Below are positions 19,190-29,168 of a DNA stretch of 64,000 nucleotides, piece by piece; position 1 is the first letter of the stretch; each line of letters begins with the position of its first letter. The stretch is from Deinococcus sp. Lineage in GTDB: Bacteria > Deinococcota > Deinococci > Deinococcales > Deinococcaceae. The notes beneath the pieces are model-generated. The model ran no database searches, had not been told where the DNA came from, and was given only the letters and a program-made list of their open reading frames with translations. The position numbers and the translations under genes are program-made. Where the stretch lies: positions 1,600,001 through 1,664,000 of the forward strand of contig OZ253375.1 of NCBI GenBank assembly GCA_965261005.1, given 5' to 3'.

Positions 19190-20602
19190 TTACTGCGGGT
19201 CGCTGACGCGCGAAACTGAGGATGAGGTCCATACCAAACCGGCGAGCTTGGCCGTTCGGCCGTAAGCCCGTAGGTCGTCGGGTGGCGGAATCACCTCCGC
19301 CTGAAGCCACAAGTAATCGCTCTGCCGGTTGACCGACCCGGTTGAGCCGTCCCAGTACAGCGTGTCGCTCGATTGGGGCGTCCACTCGGCCTTCCAGCCG
19401 GCCAGCGCCGGGAAATCGGGCAACTTGTATGTTGTGGCCTCTGCGAGCCAACCCCTAGAAAGCACGGTCGAGCTGTTGAAGTGCGAGGGAGACTGCGAAT
19501 CGTAGGCGTGAAGCATGATCACCGACGTTGGCGAGGCTTCCCATGACCAGCTCAACTGGTCCACGCCCGCAGCGGCCGTTCGCTGAAAGCCAAAAGGAAC
19601 GCTGTCGGGCAAGACGGCGGTGACGTCCTGAGGCTGCTGCACGAACGTCTGATAATGCACGGACTCACTTCCGTTGGCGCTTGCAGCGGCGCTCACGTTG
19701 ATTCTATGGAGTTCATTCGGCCACTGTTGAGCGCTGGGGACGAGGTTCAAGGGAACTTCCGACGTACCAAATTGATCTCGTTGGTGGAAGTCGGACAGCA
19801 CCAAGCCACCGTTGAAATCGGGGCCAAATTGTTCACCCACCCTGACGCTGGCTCCGGACACAGCTTGACCTGGAAGGTTCTTGACGGTAAGCGTCCGCCT
19901 CTCTAGATCAAAGCTCTGTGCGAGATCGAGGTCGAGGGTTGTGGGCTTGGTGATATTCACGTCGCGTTTGATCCACAAGCGGCCCGGCGAGCTATCCTCT
20001 GCCCCACTGCCCGAGTACACGCTGTAAATACCGGGGGTCACCTGCGTCTCGTATCGGCCGTCGCCCGAGCGGCCAAAAGAGAATTGGGTCAGCGCCGCGC
20101 TGTTACCAGCCTGAGCGCCGTACCCGACGGCCCCAACGCTCTGTCCCGCGCCGCCGATCACCGTGCCGGATAACGTCACCGTCGGCGCGTCCTTGGGCGG
20201 CGTTTGAAAGTCGTAGTAGCTGCCACAGTACGCGGCCGGGGCGGACACCTCCGCCAAGGTCAACTGGGCAATTCTCAACTGTGGAGAGTCGCCGGCGCAC
20301 ACGAACGCGAACCCGTAGCGGCCTTTCGGATCAGAAACTTCAAACGTGTAGCCTGATCCAGCGTCCTTGAGCGCCGTCCAGGGTCCGTTCCCATCCTGGT
20401 AGGCCGCGAAAATCAGCGTGCCGCCCACAGTGCTGCGTCCGAAGATGGGCAGTTTGACCTGCGTTGAGTTGGCCGGCGGCGCAGGGTGAACAGGCGTCGG
20501 AGGTACCGGGTCTGGCCCTCCAGTCACCGGCGACCCGACAGACCCGCCGCAAGACGCGAGCAGGACGGCCACGCTTACCAGCAACCACTGTCTAGGGAGC
20601 AT
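19190..20602 (-). CDS. Hypothetical lipoprotein (beta-rich)
   Basis: Lipobox LLASC, Pro-rich linker, AAGGAG RBS; more A/T-ending codons than neighbouring genes. Confidence 0.8.
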   Translation of the reverse strand: MLPRQWLLVSVAVLLASCGGSVGSPVTGGPDPVPPTPVHPAPPANSTQVKLPIFGRSTVGGTLIFAAYQDGNGPWTALKDAGSGYTFEVSDPKGRYGFAFVCAGDSPQLRIAQLTLAEVSAPAAYCGSYYDFQTPPKDAPTVTLSGTVIGGAGQSVGAVGYGAQAGNSAALTQFSFGRSGDGRYETQVTPGIYSVYSGSGAEDSSPGRLWIKRDVNITKPTTLDLDLAQSFDLERRTLTVKNLPGQAVSGASVRVGEQFGPDFNGGLVLSDFHQRDQFGTSEVPLNLVPSAQQWPNELHRINVSAAASANGSESVHYQTFVQQPQDVTAVLPDSVPFGFQRTAAAGVDQLSWSWEASPTSVIMLHAYDSQSPSHFNSSTVLSRGWLAEATTYKLPDFPALAGWKAEWTPQSSDTLYWDGSTGSVNRQSDYLWLQAEVIPPPDDLRAYGRTAKLAGLVWTSSSVSRVSDPQ

Positions 20603-20730
20603 GTGTTCTCCTTAAATTTGAGCTAAGGAAGATTAGCAGACCACTCAGCTTGAAGTCCACACCCGTGCCAAGCACGCCGCCGAGGGCGTTGACCGTTTGG
20701 GAACCCTTGAGAAATAAGCCGATTATCCTT

Positions 20731-20758
20731 CTCATACGGATTCCGGAATCTGCATGAG
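20731..20758. repeat. Fused SNR ends ('empty' element) forming a 28-bp imperfect palindrome
   Basis: CTCATACGGATTCC|GGAATCTGCATGAG; 20732-20745 is identical to the copy-C left end. Confidence 0.65.
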
Positions 20759-20831
20759 TTGGCCGGGCATGACTTTTTCGAGCAGGCCAGGCACGTCACA
20801 GCCAGCGCGGACCAAGCGCTAGACTGTTCCC

Positions 20832-21640
20832 GTGACCCGACGCCGGTCAACCCAGCGCCCCCTGCCCTGGCTCACCCTCTTGGTGATCGCCGCCGCGCTG
20901 CTGTGGTACCTATTCACCCAGGGGGGGCCGACCGTCACGAACGGCGCGGGCGCCTGTGGCGACAAGTTTGCCTACGCGCGGCCTGAAATCAACACCCCAG
21001 GCGCCACGACCTTTCTGTGTCGCCAAGGGTACGCCGTGCTACACGACGACACGCGCAAGGTGCCGCTTTACTCGGCCGAGCACTTGGAGGGCCGCGATTT
21101 GACCGGCGAGCAGGCGCGCACCGACAACTTTCAGGCCGACCCCGACTTGCCGCCGGGAGGGCGCGCCGAGCTGAACGACTACCGCCGCAGCGGTTTTGAT
21201 CGTGGCCACATGGCGCCCGCCGCCGACTTTTCCGGCAGCGCGAGCGAGATGGACCAGTCCTTTTTGCTGTCCAACATGGTGCCGCAAAACGGCGACCTCA
21301 ACCGCCACGTCTGGGCGGGCTTGGAGAGCGCCACCCGCGCCTGCGCCAAGACGCTCGGCGCCGTTCACGTGCTGACCGGCCCGATTTTTGACGACAAGGT
21401 GAAGGTTATCGGCCCGGACAGGGTGGAGGTGCCGGACATGCTCTACAAGATCGTGGTGGGGCCGCGCGGCAACTCGCGCGCCTTTTTGATGCCCAACAAA
21501 AGCTTGTCCAGCGACACCAGCTTCGCCCGCTACGAGGTGCCCATCGCCGAGGTCGAGCGCCTGAGCGGCATCACCTTTTTCCCCGGCAGCCCGCTGGACG
21601 TGAATAAAAAGGGCAACCTCTGTCCCGGCGCGTATGGCTT

Positions 21641-21644
<4 letters not shown>
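20832..21644 (+). CDS. DNA/RNA non-specific endonuclease (NucA/EndA type), membrane-anchored
   Basis: DRGH, SNMVPQ..LN..W..LE motifs; N-terminal TM; TAGACT 6 nt before GTG. Confidence 0.93.
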
Positions 21645-21937
<293 letters not shown>

Positions 21938-21981
21938 CCGGGGGCACCATGACCTTCACCCCGGCGCCCTAGACTTTCTCC

Positions 21982-22968
21982 ATGCTCGACAGCTTTCTCA
22001 AGATCGTGGGCGACTACGGCAACCCGGTGCCGCGCTTCACCGGCCAGCGCTGCATCGTGGAGCGCATGGCGGTGGGCGGCTGTGACTTGTGCCAGCAGAT
22101 CTGCCCGCACGACGCCGTGACCATCGGGCGCAGCGTCGAGATTTCGGACAAAGCCTGCACCGGCTGCGGCCTGTGCACCCAAGTCTGCCCGACCGGGGCG
22201 CTGGAATTCGACGTGACCGCCCAACTTTCGGCGGCGCGCGAGCAGGAAGAGGTCGCCACCCTGGTCTGTTCGCAGTCGAATGAGGCCGGCAAGACGCTGC
22301 CGTGCTTGGCGCGGGTGACGCCCAGCCTGATCGTGGCGGCGGGGGGCTGGGACAAGCCGCTGGAATTGGTGCGCGGCGACTGCGCGGCGTGCAGCGTCGG
22401 CGGGCCGGAGGTGCCGGCGGAGCTGGACCAGGTGATCGAGACCGGCCAGCGGTTGCGCGCGGCGACCGGACGGCCCGCCCGAGTGACGGTGCGCCTGGGC
22501 GAGGTGGGCCGGGGCCAAGCCGAGGCGGTCTCGCGCCGGGGCATGTTCGGGGCGGTGTTCCGTTCGGCGCGCAGCGTGGCGGCCGAATTGGTCCCCGAAA
22601 AGCCGCTGCCCTTCGTGGACTGGTCCGAACCGCAGGAGCGCGTGCCCCAGGAGTGGCTGTGGCGCCGCCGCGCCCTGCGCCCCCGGCCCGCGCCGGACAC
22701 GCCGGTCCATTGGCCCGCCCCGACGGTGGACGAGTCGTGCATCTTCTGCCCGGTGTGCGCCAACGTCTGTCCCACCGAGGCCATCACCCGCGAGGTGGGC
22801 GCCGATGGGAACATAGAGATTCGGCTCGACCTCGCCGCCTGCACGGGGTGCGGCGCCTGCGCCCGCTCTTGCCCGCCAGAGGCCATTCACATGCGGGGGG
22901 AGTGGCCTGAGGCGGCTTTTGACGAGATTCTGCTGCTGCGGGCCTCGGCGCCAGAGGACGGGGGATAG
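21982..22968 (+). CDS. 4Fe-4S polyferredoxin
   Basis: Multiple CxxCxxCxxxCP motifs. Confidence 0.88.
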   Translation: MLDSFLKIVGDYGNPVPRFTGQRCIVERMAVGGCDLCQQICPHDAVTIGRSVEISDKACTGCGLCTQVCPTGALEFDVTAQLSAAREQEEVATLVCSQSNEAGKTLPCLARVTPSLIVAAGGWDKPLELVRGDCAACSVGGPEVPAELDQVIETGQRLRAATGRPARVTVRLGEVGRGQAEAVSRRGMFGAVFRSARSVAAELVPEKPLPFVDWSEPQERVPQEWLWRRRALRPRPAPDTPVHWPAPTVDESCIFCPVCANVCPTEAITREVGADGNIEIRLDLAACTGCGACARSCPPEAIHMRGEWPEAAFDEILLLRASAPEDGG

Positions 22969-22999
22969 GCAGGTCCGCCCCTCACGCTATGCTGGCGCC

Positions 23000-24070
23000 G
23001 TGGCCAAGTACGACCTCAGTTTGCCCGTCCTGATCCTGCTGCTGCTGGGTGCAGGTCTCGTCACCATCAGCAGCGTGGCGACCTCGCCGAACCTCGTCTC
23101 GGAGGGCCTCTTCGCCAAGCAGCTGCTGGGCCTGCTCATCGCGGCCGTGCCGCTGGCGCTGATGTGGTGGGCCGGGCGCGACCGCATCTACGCCTTCGCG
23201 CCCTCCCTATACCTGCTGGCCCTGCTGCTGCTGGCAGCGACCTTCGTGATCGGCAAGGACGTGAACGGTCAGCGCAATTGGCTGGTCCTCGGCCCGGTTC
23301 AGTTTCAGCCGCTGGAACTGGCCAAGCTCTCGCTGATCGCGCTGCTGCCGGTGGTGATGCGCGGCGGCTACCAAGGGCTGCGCTCGTACCTGCTGCCGCT
23401 CGCGCTGTTCGTGCCGGTGCTGGCCCTGGTCATCAAAGAGGACTTCGGCGGCGGCATGGTGCTGACGGGCATGCTGGGCTGCATGCTGGTCGCGTGGCGC
23501 ATCCCGCTGTGGCACATCCTGGCGGCGCTGCTGGTCGTGGGCGTGGCCTTTCCGACCGCCATCTACCCGCGCCTGAAGCCGTACCAGCAAAGCCGCCTGA
23601 CCATTTTCACCGACCCCTATCAGGACCCGCGCGGCGCGGGCTACCACCAGATTCAGTCCATGATCGCCATCGGCTCGGGGGGCATGCAGGGCAAGGGGTA
23701 CGGCAAGGGCACCCAGACCCACAACGGCTTCGTGTACAGCCAACACAGCGACTTCGTGTTCGCGTCGTGGTCCGAGGAGCAGGGCTTTGTGGGCGCCGTG
23801 GCGCTGCTGAGCGTGTACGCCGCGCTGTTTTGGCGCCTGGCCGGCATGTCGGGCGAGGTCACGCGCGAGCAGGACAAGCTGCTCTTCGCGGGCGTGCTGG
23901 GCCAGCTCGGCGTGCAGGTGACCGAAAACATCGGGGCGTCCTTGTCCATGCTGCCCCTCACCGGCATCACGCTCCCCCTGGTCAGCTACGGCCTGAGTTC
24001 GCTGGTGTCGGTGCTGACCACCTTGGGCCTGGCCTACGTGGTGTACCGCGACCGTCTCCGGGAGATTTGA
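23000..24070 (+). CDS. rodA: Rod shape-determining SEDS protein RodA
   Basis: NGQRNW, QPLELAK, SMIAIGSGG, HSDFVFA...EEQGF, PLTGITLPLVSYG. Confidence 0.9.
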   Translation: MAKYDLSLPVLILLLLGAGLVTISSVATSPNLVSEGLFAKQLLGLLIAAVPLALMWWAGRDRIYAFAPSLYLLALLLLAATFVIGKDVNGQRNWLVLGPVQFQPLELAKLSLIALLPVVMRGGYQGLRSYLLPLALFVPVLALVIKEDFGGGMVLTGMLGCMLVAWRIPLWHILAALLVVGVAFPTAIYPRLKPYQQSRLTIFTDPYQDPRGAGYHQIQSMIAIGSGGMQGKGYGKGTQTHNGFVYSQHSDFVFASWSEEQGFVGAVALLSVYAALFWRLAGMSGEVTREQDKLLFAGVLGQLGVQVTENIGASLSMLPLTGITLPLVSYGLSSLVSVLTTLGLAYVVYRDRLREI

Positions 24071-24082
24071 GGGCGTGAAGTC

Positions 24083-25081
24083 ATGAACATAGACATCTCC
24101 CCCGCGACCAAGCAGTTGCAGGCGCTGTACGACGGCTTCGTCGCCGCCCTGCCCAACTTGGTGCTCGCCATCATCGTCTTCGCTATCTTTTGGTTTTTGG
24201 CGCGCTTTTTGCGCGGGTTGGTGACGCGCATCTGGGCCTCGCGCGATCAGGGGCAGAACGTCGCCCGTGTGCTGGGGCGGCTGGCCTCGGGCCTGATCAT
24301 CTTCGTGGGCCTCTTGATCTCGCTGTCGGTGGTCTTTCCGACCATCAACGCGGCCAGCCTGCTCAGCGCCCTCGGCGTGGGCGGCGTGGCCGTCGGCTTC
24401 GCGTTTCGGGAAATTCTGCAAAACCTGCTGGCCGGCATTCTGATTCTGCTGACGCAGCCCTTCCACATCGGCGACCAGATCGTGGTGGGGGACGCCGAGG
24501 GCACCGTCGAGGACATTTTGGTGCGCGCCACCGTGCTGCGTACCTACGACAACCGCCAAGTGGTCATTCCCAACTCGGACCTCTTCACCAACCGCGTCAC
24601 GGTCAACACCGGCTACGACAAGAGAAGGCTGCAATACGACGTGGGCATCGGCTACGGCGACGACGTGGCGCGCGCCAAGCAGCTGATGCTGGAGGCCGTG
24701 GGCGAGCTTGAGGGTGTCCTGAGCGACCCCGCGCCCGAGGCGCTGGTGGTGGACCTGGCGGGCAGCAGCGTCAACATCCGTCTGCGCTGGTGGATCAATC
24801 CCCCGCGGCGCAAGGACGCCGTGAGCAGCGTGGACACGGTACTGCACGCCGTGCGCGACAAGCTGATCGGGGGCGGCGTGGACTTGCCCTTTCCCACCCA
24901 ACAAATTCTCTTTCACGACCAGACCGAGGCGACCGACGGCGACCGGCGCCAGCAGCGCGAGGGGTGGCCGGCCGGGAAGGGCGAGGTGCCGCGCCCGCGC
25001 TGGAAGGTGCTGGAGCAGAAGCAAGCTGCCCAGGCGTCAAGCGCACCGGCCGAGCCAAAGCGGCAAGACCAGGAAGCCTGA
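24083..25081 (+). CDS. MscS-family mechanosensitive channel
   Basis: VAVGFAFREILQNLLAG, PFHIGDQI, IPNS. Confidence 0.92.
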   Translation: MNIDISPATKQLQALYDGFVAALPNLVLAIIVFAIFWFLARFLRGLVTRIWASRDQGQNVARVLGRLASGLIIFVGLLISLSVVFPTINAASLLSALGVGGVAVGFAFREILQNLLAGILILLTQPFHIGDQIVVGDAEGTVEDILVRATVLRTYDNRQVVIPNSDLFTNRVTVNTGYDKRRLQYDVGIGYGDDVARAKQLMLEAVGELEGVLSDPAPEALVVDLAGSSVNIRLRWWINPPRRKDAVSSVDTVLHAVRDKLIGGGVDLPFPTQQILFHDQTEATDGDRRQQREGWPAGKGEVPRPRWKVLEQKQAAQASSAPAEPKRQDQEA

Positions 25082-25087
25082 GCGTTC

Positions 25088-26404
25088 TTGAACGTCCGTC
25101 TGTCGGTGTGGCGCGACAATTTGCTGGGCAGCTTCTGGTTCGTGCCCGCCCTGATGACGCTGACGGCCGCCCTGCTGGCCCTGGCCTTGAACGCGCTGGA
25201 CGAGCGGGTCGCCTTGGCGAACATTCCCTGGCTGGCGTGGACCTACGCGGGCGGCCCCGAGGGGGCGCGGGCCGTGCTCTCAACCATTGGCGGCGGCATG
25301 CTGGCGGTGGCGGGCACGGTCTTTTCCATCACCATCGCGGCGCTCTCACTCGCGTCGGGGCAGATGGGGCCTCGCCTGCTGCGCAACTTCACGCGCGACC
25401 GGGGCAACCAGGTCACGCTGGGCGCCTTTATCGCCACCTTCACCTACTGTCTGCTGGTCCTGCGCACAGTGCGCGGCCTCACGGACAGCACCTTCGTGCC
25501 GCACCTGGCCGTCAGCTTCGCCTTGCTGCTGGCCCTCTTCGACCTCGGCATGCTGATCTACTTCATCCACCACATCGCGGGCGCCATCAACGTCACGCAC
25601 GTAATCGCCCTGGTCAGCCGCGACTTGGAGCAGACCCTGGAGGAACGCCTCCAGCCGGCCGACCCGGGGGAGGCTTGGCGCGCGGCGCCCGACTTGCCGC
25701 CCGGCTTTGGGGCGCGCGCCGGCGTGGTCCGGGCGCACAGGGGCGGCTACCTTCAGGCCGTGGACACGGACACCCTGCTCAGGGGGGCCGCCGAACAGGG
25801 CGCCTTTGTACAGCTGCTGGTGCGGCCAGGGGAATTTGTGTTCGAGGGGATGCCGGTGGCGCGCAGCTTGCCGGCGTGGCGCGGCGACTTGGAGGGCGCC
25901 TTGGTCCTGGGCGGCGAGCGGACCACCCAACAGGACATTGAGTACGCCGTGCGCCAAATCGTGGAGGTCGCGGTGCGCGCCCTCTCGCCGGGCATCAACG
26001 ACCCCTTCACGGCCATCAATTGCCTCGACCGGCTGGGCAACGCCCTGTGCCAACTCTCCGGGCGGCAACTGCCCTCGCCGTACCACTACGCCGGGGGCGA
26101 GCTGCACCTGATCGTGCCGACCCCCGACTTCGGCGGCGTCGTGGACGGCATGTTTAACCAGATTCGCCAAAATGGCGCCGGGCACCCGGCCGTGCTGATC
26201 CGCTTGCTGGAGGTGCTGAACGTGGTGGCCGGCTGTCTGAGCGGCCAGGAGCGCCTGGGCGCCCTGCGCAAACACGCCGAGCTGACCTTGGAGGCCGGGC
26301 GGCGCGGCGATTGGCAGCCGGGCGACCTCGCCGACTTGGAGCGGCGCGGGCGGGCCTTTCACGAGGGGCTGGCGAAACGGGACCGAATGACTCAGGGCGC
26401 CTGA
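25088..26404 (+). CDS. DUF2254-family membrane protein
   Basis: LASGQMGPRLLRNF, RALSPGINDPFTAINCLDRL. Confidence 0.88.
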   Translation: MNVRLSVWRDNLLGSFWFVPALMTLTAALLALALNALDERVALANIPWLAWTYAGGPEGARAVLSTIGGGMLAVAGTVFSITIAALSLASGQMGPRLLRNFTRDRGNQVTLGAFIATFTYCLLVLRTVRGLTDSTFVPHLAVSFALLLALFDLGMLIYFIHHIAGAINVTHVIALVSRDLEQTLEERLQPADPGEAWRAAPDLPPGFGARAGVVRAHRGGYLQAVDTDTLLRGAAEQGAFVQLLVRPGEFVFEGMPVARSLPAWRGDLEGALVLGGERTTQQDIEYAVRQIVEVAVRALSPGINDPFTAINCLDRLGNALCQLSGRQLPSPYHYAGGELHLIVPTPDFGGVVDGMFNQIRQNGAGHPAVLIRLLEVLNVVAGCLSGQERLGALRKHAELTLEAGRRGDWQPGDLADLERRGRAFHEGLAKRDRMTQGA

Positions 26405-26407
26405 AGG

Positions 26408-26650
26408 TCAACCGCGCTTGCCAAAGATCGCCGCGCACGACGCGCCCAGGTACGCCAGCACGCCGGCGGCGACCGGCCACTCGGGGCCGTTCAAGCTGAC
26501 CACGACCAAGCCGGCCAACAGACCGGCGCCCAGCACCAGCGAAAAGCCGAAGCCGGCGCCCCCCACGCCCGCGCGCACCTGCACGCCCCACAGGTAGCCC
26601 GACCCCGTGAGCAGCACGACCAGGGCCGCCTGAAACGCTTGAGCGTTCAC
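26408..26650 (-). CDS. Small hypothetical membrane protein
   Basis: Three hydrophobic stretches; TACAGT 6 nt before GTG. Confidence 0.55.
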   Translation of the reverse strand: MNAQAFQAALVVLLTGSGYLWGVQVRAGVGGAGFGFSLVLGAGLLAGLVVVSLNGPEWPVAAGVLAYLGASCAAIFGKRG

Positions 26651-26679
26651 CCCCACACTGTACGGCGCTAGACTGCCCC

Positions 26680-26997
26680 ATGCGAAGCGTCTACCTGACC
26701 GTCGCCCGATTGTTGCAACAGGGGCGCGAGGCCGCCTTGGAGGGCGAGGGGGCGGAGGCGGTGCGCGCGTACGAAGGGGCGCTGGACCTGCTGCGCGCCT
26801 TGCCGCCCGAGCGCACCCGCGACGTGCTGCTGGCGCATACCCACCTGGCCTACTACCAAACCCTGGCCCTCTCGAACCGCCAGAACGCCACGCAGGAACA
26901 CCTCCACCTGGGCATCTCCTACGCCCGCAGCACCCGCGACCCCCTGGCCCGCGCCATCGCCGAGGAGTGCCTGAGCGGGCTGGATGTGGCGCTGTAG
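26680..26997 (+). CDS. Hypothetical helical (TPR-like) protein
   Basis: Leaderless TAGACT; host codon usage; abuts zapE. Confidence 0.75.
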   Translation: MRSVYLTVARLLQQGREAALEGEGAEAVRAYEGALDLLRALPPERTRDVLLAHTHLAYYQTLALSNRQNATQEHLHLGISYARSTRDPLARAIAEECLSGLDVAL

Positions 26998-28077
26998 ATG
27001 GTTGAAGGGATAGACCTCACGCGCCGCCGCCCGAAGCTGGAGCCGCTGGAATTCGTCGCCTCGTTGCATCCGGGGCGCCGCTTTGAGGACGTTCGCCTCT
27101 CGACCTTCCGCCCGAACCCCGCTTTTCCCTCGCAGGCGCAGGTCCGGGACCGGCTCAGCGCGTTCGTATCGGACATCAGCGCGCCGAAGGGCCGGTTCGC
27201 CGCGCGCCTGTTCACCTCGCGCGGCGCGACCGGAGGACGCGGGCTATACCTTGACGGCGGCTTCGGCGTGGGCAAGACGCACCTGCTGGCCGGCGCCTAC
27301 TTCGATTTTCTAAAGAGTGAAGGGGGAGGACGCGCGAAGTACCTGAGCTTTCAAGACTTGATGTACGCCCTCGGCGCGCTCGGCATGGCGCGGGCCATTC
27401 AGGTGTTTTCCAACGTCTCGCTGCTGTGCATTGACGAGTTCGAGCTGGACGATCCGGGCAGTACCCACCTCGCCAACACCTTTTTGAGGGCGATGATGCC
27501 GCGCGGCTGCTCGGTGATCGCCACCTCCAACACGCCGCCGGGCGCCCTTGGCGAGGGCCGCTTTAACGCCCCGCGCTTCGAGAACGAGATTCGCAGCATC
27601 GGCGCGCGCTTCGAGACGCTGCACCTCGACGGACCGGATTACCGCCAGCGCGACCGCGTTCCCGCCGAGGTGTTGACGCCGGAAGAGTTTGACAATTGGA
27701 CCGCACGTCAGCCTAAAGAGACGTTGGCGATCCTGAACGCGAGCGCGCTGCAAGACTTGCTGCTGGCCGTGCATCCCGCCCGCTTCGCCGCGCTGCTGGG
27801 TGGCGTCACCTCGTTGGGTATCACCGACCTCGTGCCCATGACGCACGCGAATTCCGCGCTGCGTGAAAACACCGCCATTCGCTTCGTTCACTTCGTGGAC
27901 AAGGTGTACGAGTCGGGGTTGAGCGTAGGTCTGACCGGCGTGGCGCTGGAAGACCTGTTTCACGAAAGCTACCGCGACCGTGGCTACGCCAAGAAATACG
28001 CGCGCTGTCTGTCGCGGTTGTCAGAGCTGATGGCGGAGGCAAAAACTGTCCGGCCCCCCGTTACAGCCCTTCCCTGA
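26998..28077 (+). CDS. zapE: ZapE/AFG1-family ATPase
   Basis: GLYLDGGFGVGKTHL Walker A, LCIDEFE Walker B, ATSN, DGPDYR. Confidence 0.9.
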   Translation: MVEGIDLTRRRPKLEPLEFVASLHPGRRFEDVRLSTFRPNPAFPSQAQVRDRLSAFVSDISAPKGRFAARLFTSRGATGGRGLYLDGGFGVGKTHLLAGAYFDFLKSEGGGRAKYLSFQDLMYALGALGMARAIQVFSNVSLLCIDEFELDDPGSTHLANTFLRAMMPRGCSVIATSNTPPGALGEGRFNAPRFENEIRSIGARFETLHLDGPDYRQRDRVPAEVLTPEEFDNWTARQPKETLAILNASALQDLLLAVHPARFAALLGGVTSLGITDLVPMTHANSALRENTAIRFVHFVDKVYESGLSVGLTGVALEDLFHESYRDRGYAKKYARCLSRLSELMAEAKTVRPPVTALP

Positions 28078-28423
28078 CCGCCTTCGGCAATCCCCGCCGC
28101 ACCAAGTCATACGAGTGACGCAGCAGCTCGCGCGTCAGTTCCTCCGGCAGCGAGCCGTCGAGCGTGAGGGTGTTCCAGTGGCGCTTGTTGAGGTGGTAGC
28201 CGGGCAGGATGGCCGGGTGGGCGGCGCGCAGGGCCTCGGCGCGAACGGGGTCGCACTTGAGGCTGAGGTACAGGGGATCGCCTGCGATATCGGTCAGGGC
28301 GTACATGCGGCGCGTCTCCCCCACTCCGACCTTGAACACCAGGGTGGTCGCGCCAAAGGGAAAGGTCTCGGCCGAACCCGGTAGGGCGGCGCAAGTGGCG
28401 CGAAGGTCGGCGACGGTCAGCAT
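28061..28423 (-). CDS. MmcQ/YjbR-family protein
   Basis: ETFPFG...VFKV...LKCDP...PGYHLNKRHWN. Confidence 0.92.
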   Translation of the reverse strand: MLTVADLRATCAALPGSAETFPFGATTLVFKVGVGETRRMYALTDIAGDPLYLSLKCDPVRAEALRAAHPAILPGYHLNKRHWNTLTLDGSLPEELTRELLRHSYDLVRRGLPKAVREGL

Positions 28424-28471
28424 GCCTTTAAGGGTGGATAGTTCGGCCCGCCCAAAGTGTGGGCCACCTCG

Positions 28472-29065
28472 TCAGAAGCCATCTCCGTTGACCTTGTCCA
28501 GTTCTGACTTGCAAGCTTCATAATTATCAAAGCGGTAACGAACGTTAACATATCCCTCTTCAGGGGACAAGGCTCCGGCTATGGCGGCGATTTCTATCAG
28601 GTCGCTGGGCAAGTTTGAACCATCCTCAAGGCTCCAGTATGATTCCAAGTACCTGTCCTCTTGTTCCAAGCTAGACATCCAGTCCTTTGTACCGCTCAGC
28701 TTGCTGTCAGAGTCAATATCATCGTAATCTTCCGACGGACCATACTTGACCTTCAGAACATCGTGGAATTCTTTAAATTTCGACTTCAGCTTATTTCCCG
28801 CAGGATCTGTGGCGACGGTATCGCCGATTCCCGTGACTTGACAAACACCGTCTTTGTCCGTGGCTTTTACCGTGTAGTACTCGAACGCAGCATTGGGCGT
28901 CGGGACGTCTTTAAGCTTCCAAGACCTGTATTCCTCCTGGTACACGGCGCCCATCGACTTGAGCTGCTGAATGGTCGTCCCCTTGACCAGTCCGAAAGAG
29001 GTCGAGCCTTGGGCCGAAGCGCAAGAAGCGATGAGAAAACCGGCCATAACGTACATCATCTTCAT
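28472..29065 (-). CDS. Hypothetical exported protein (AT-richer than host)
   Basis: Signal-peptide-like N-terminus; TATACT upstream; atypical codon usage. Confidence 0.75.
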   Translation of the reverse strand: MKMMYVMAGFLIASCASAQGSTSFGLVKGTTIQQLKSMGAVYQEEYRSWKLKDVPTPNAAFEYYTVKATDKDGVCQVTGIGDTVATDPAGNKLKSKFKEFHDVLKVKYGPSEDYDDIDSDSKLSGTKDWMSSLEQEDRYLESYWSLEDGSNLPSDLIEIAAIAGALSPEEGYVNVRYRFDNYEACKSELDKVNGDGF

Positions 29066-29168
29066 ACTTCAAGAGTATAGCCGGCAACGTTGAGTTCAAG
29101 CGCTCATCAGCTTGCCGGACAACCGGACCGAGGCGACCGGAGTTTTGTTTCCGCCTTGGAAAGGGCGT

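Noticed and set aside
19115..19190. DdrO-binding RDRM motif expected upstream of Deinococcus uvrD
   Set aside because: No 17-bp TTA...TAA-type palindrome visible; only a -10 box and a GC hairpin
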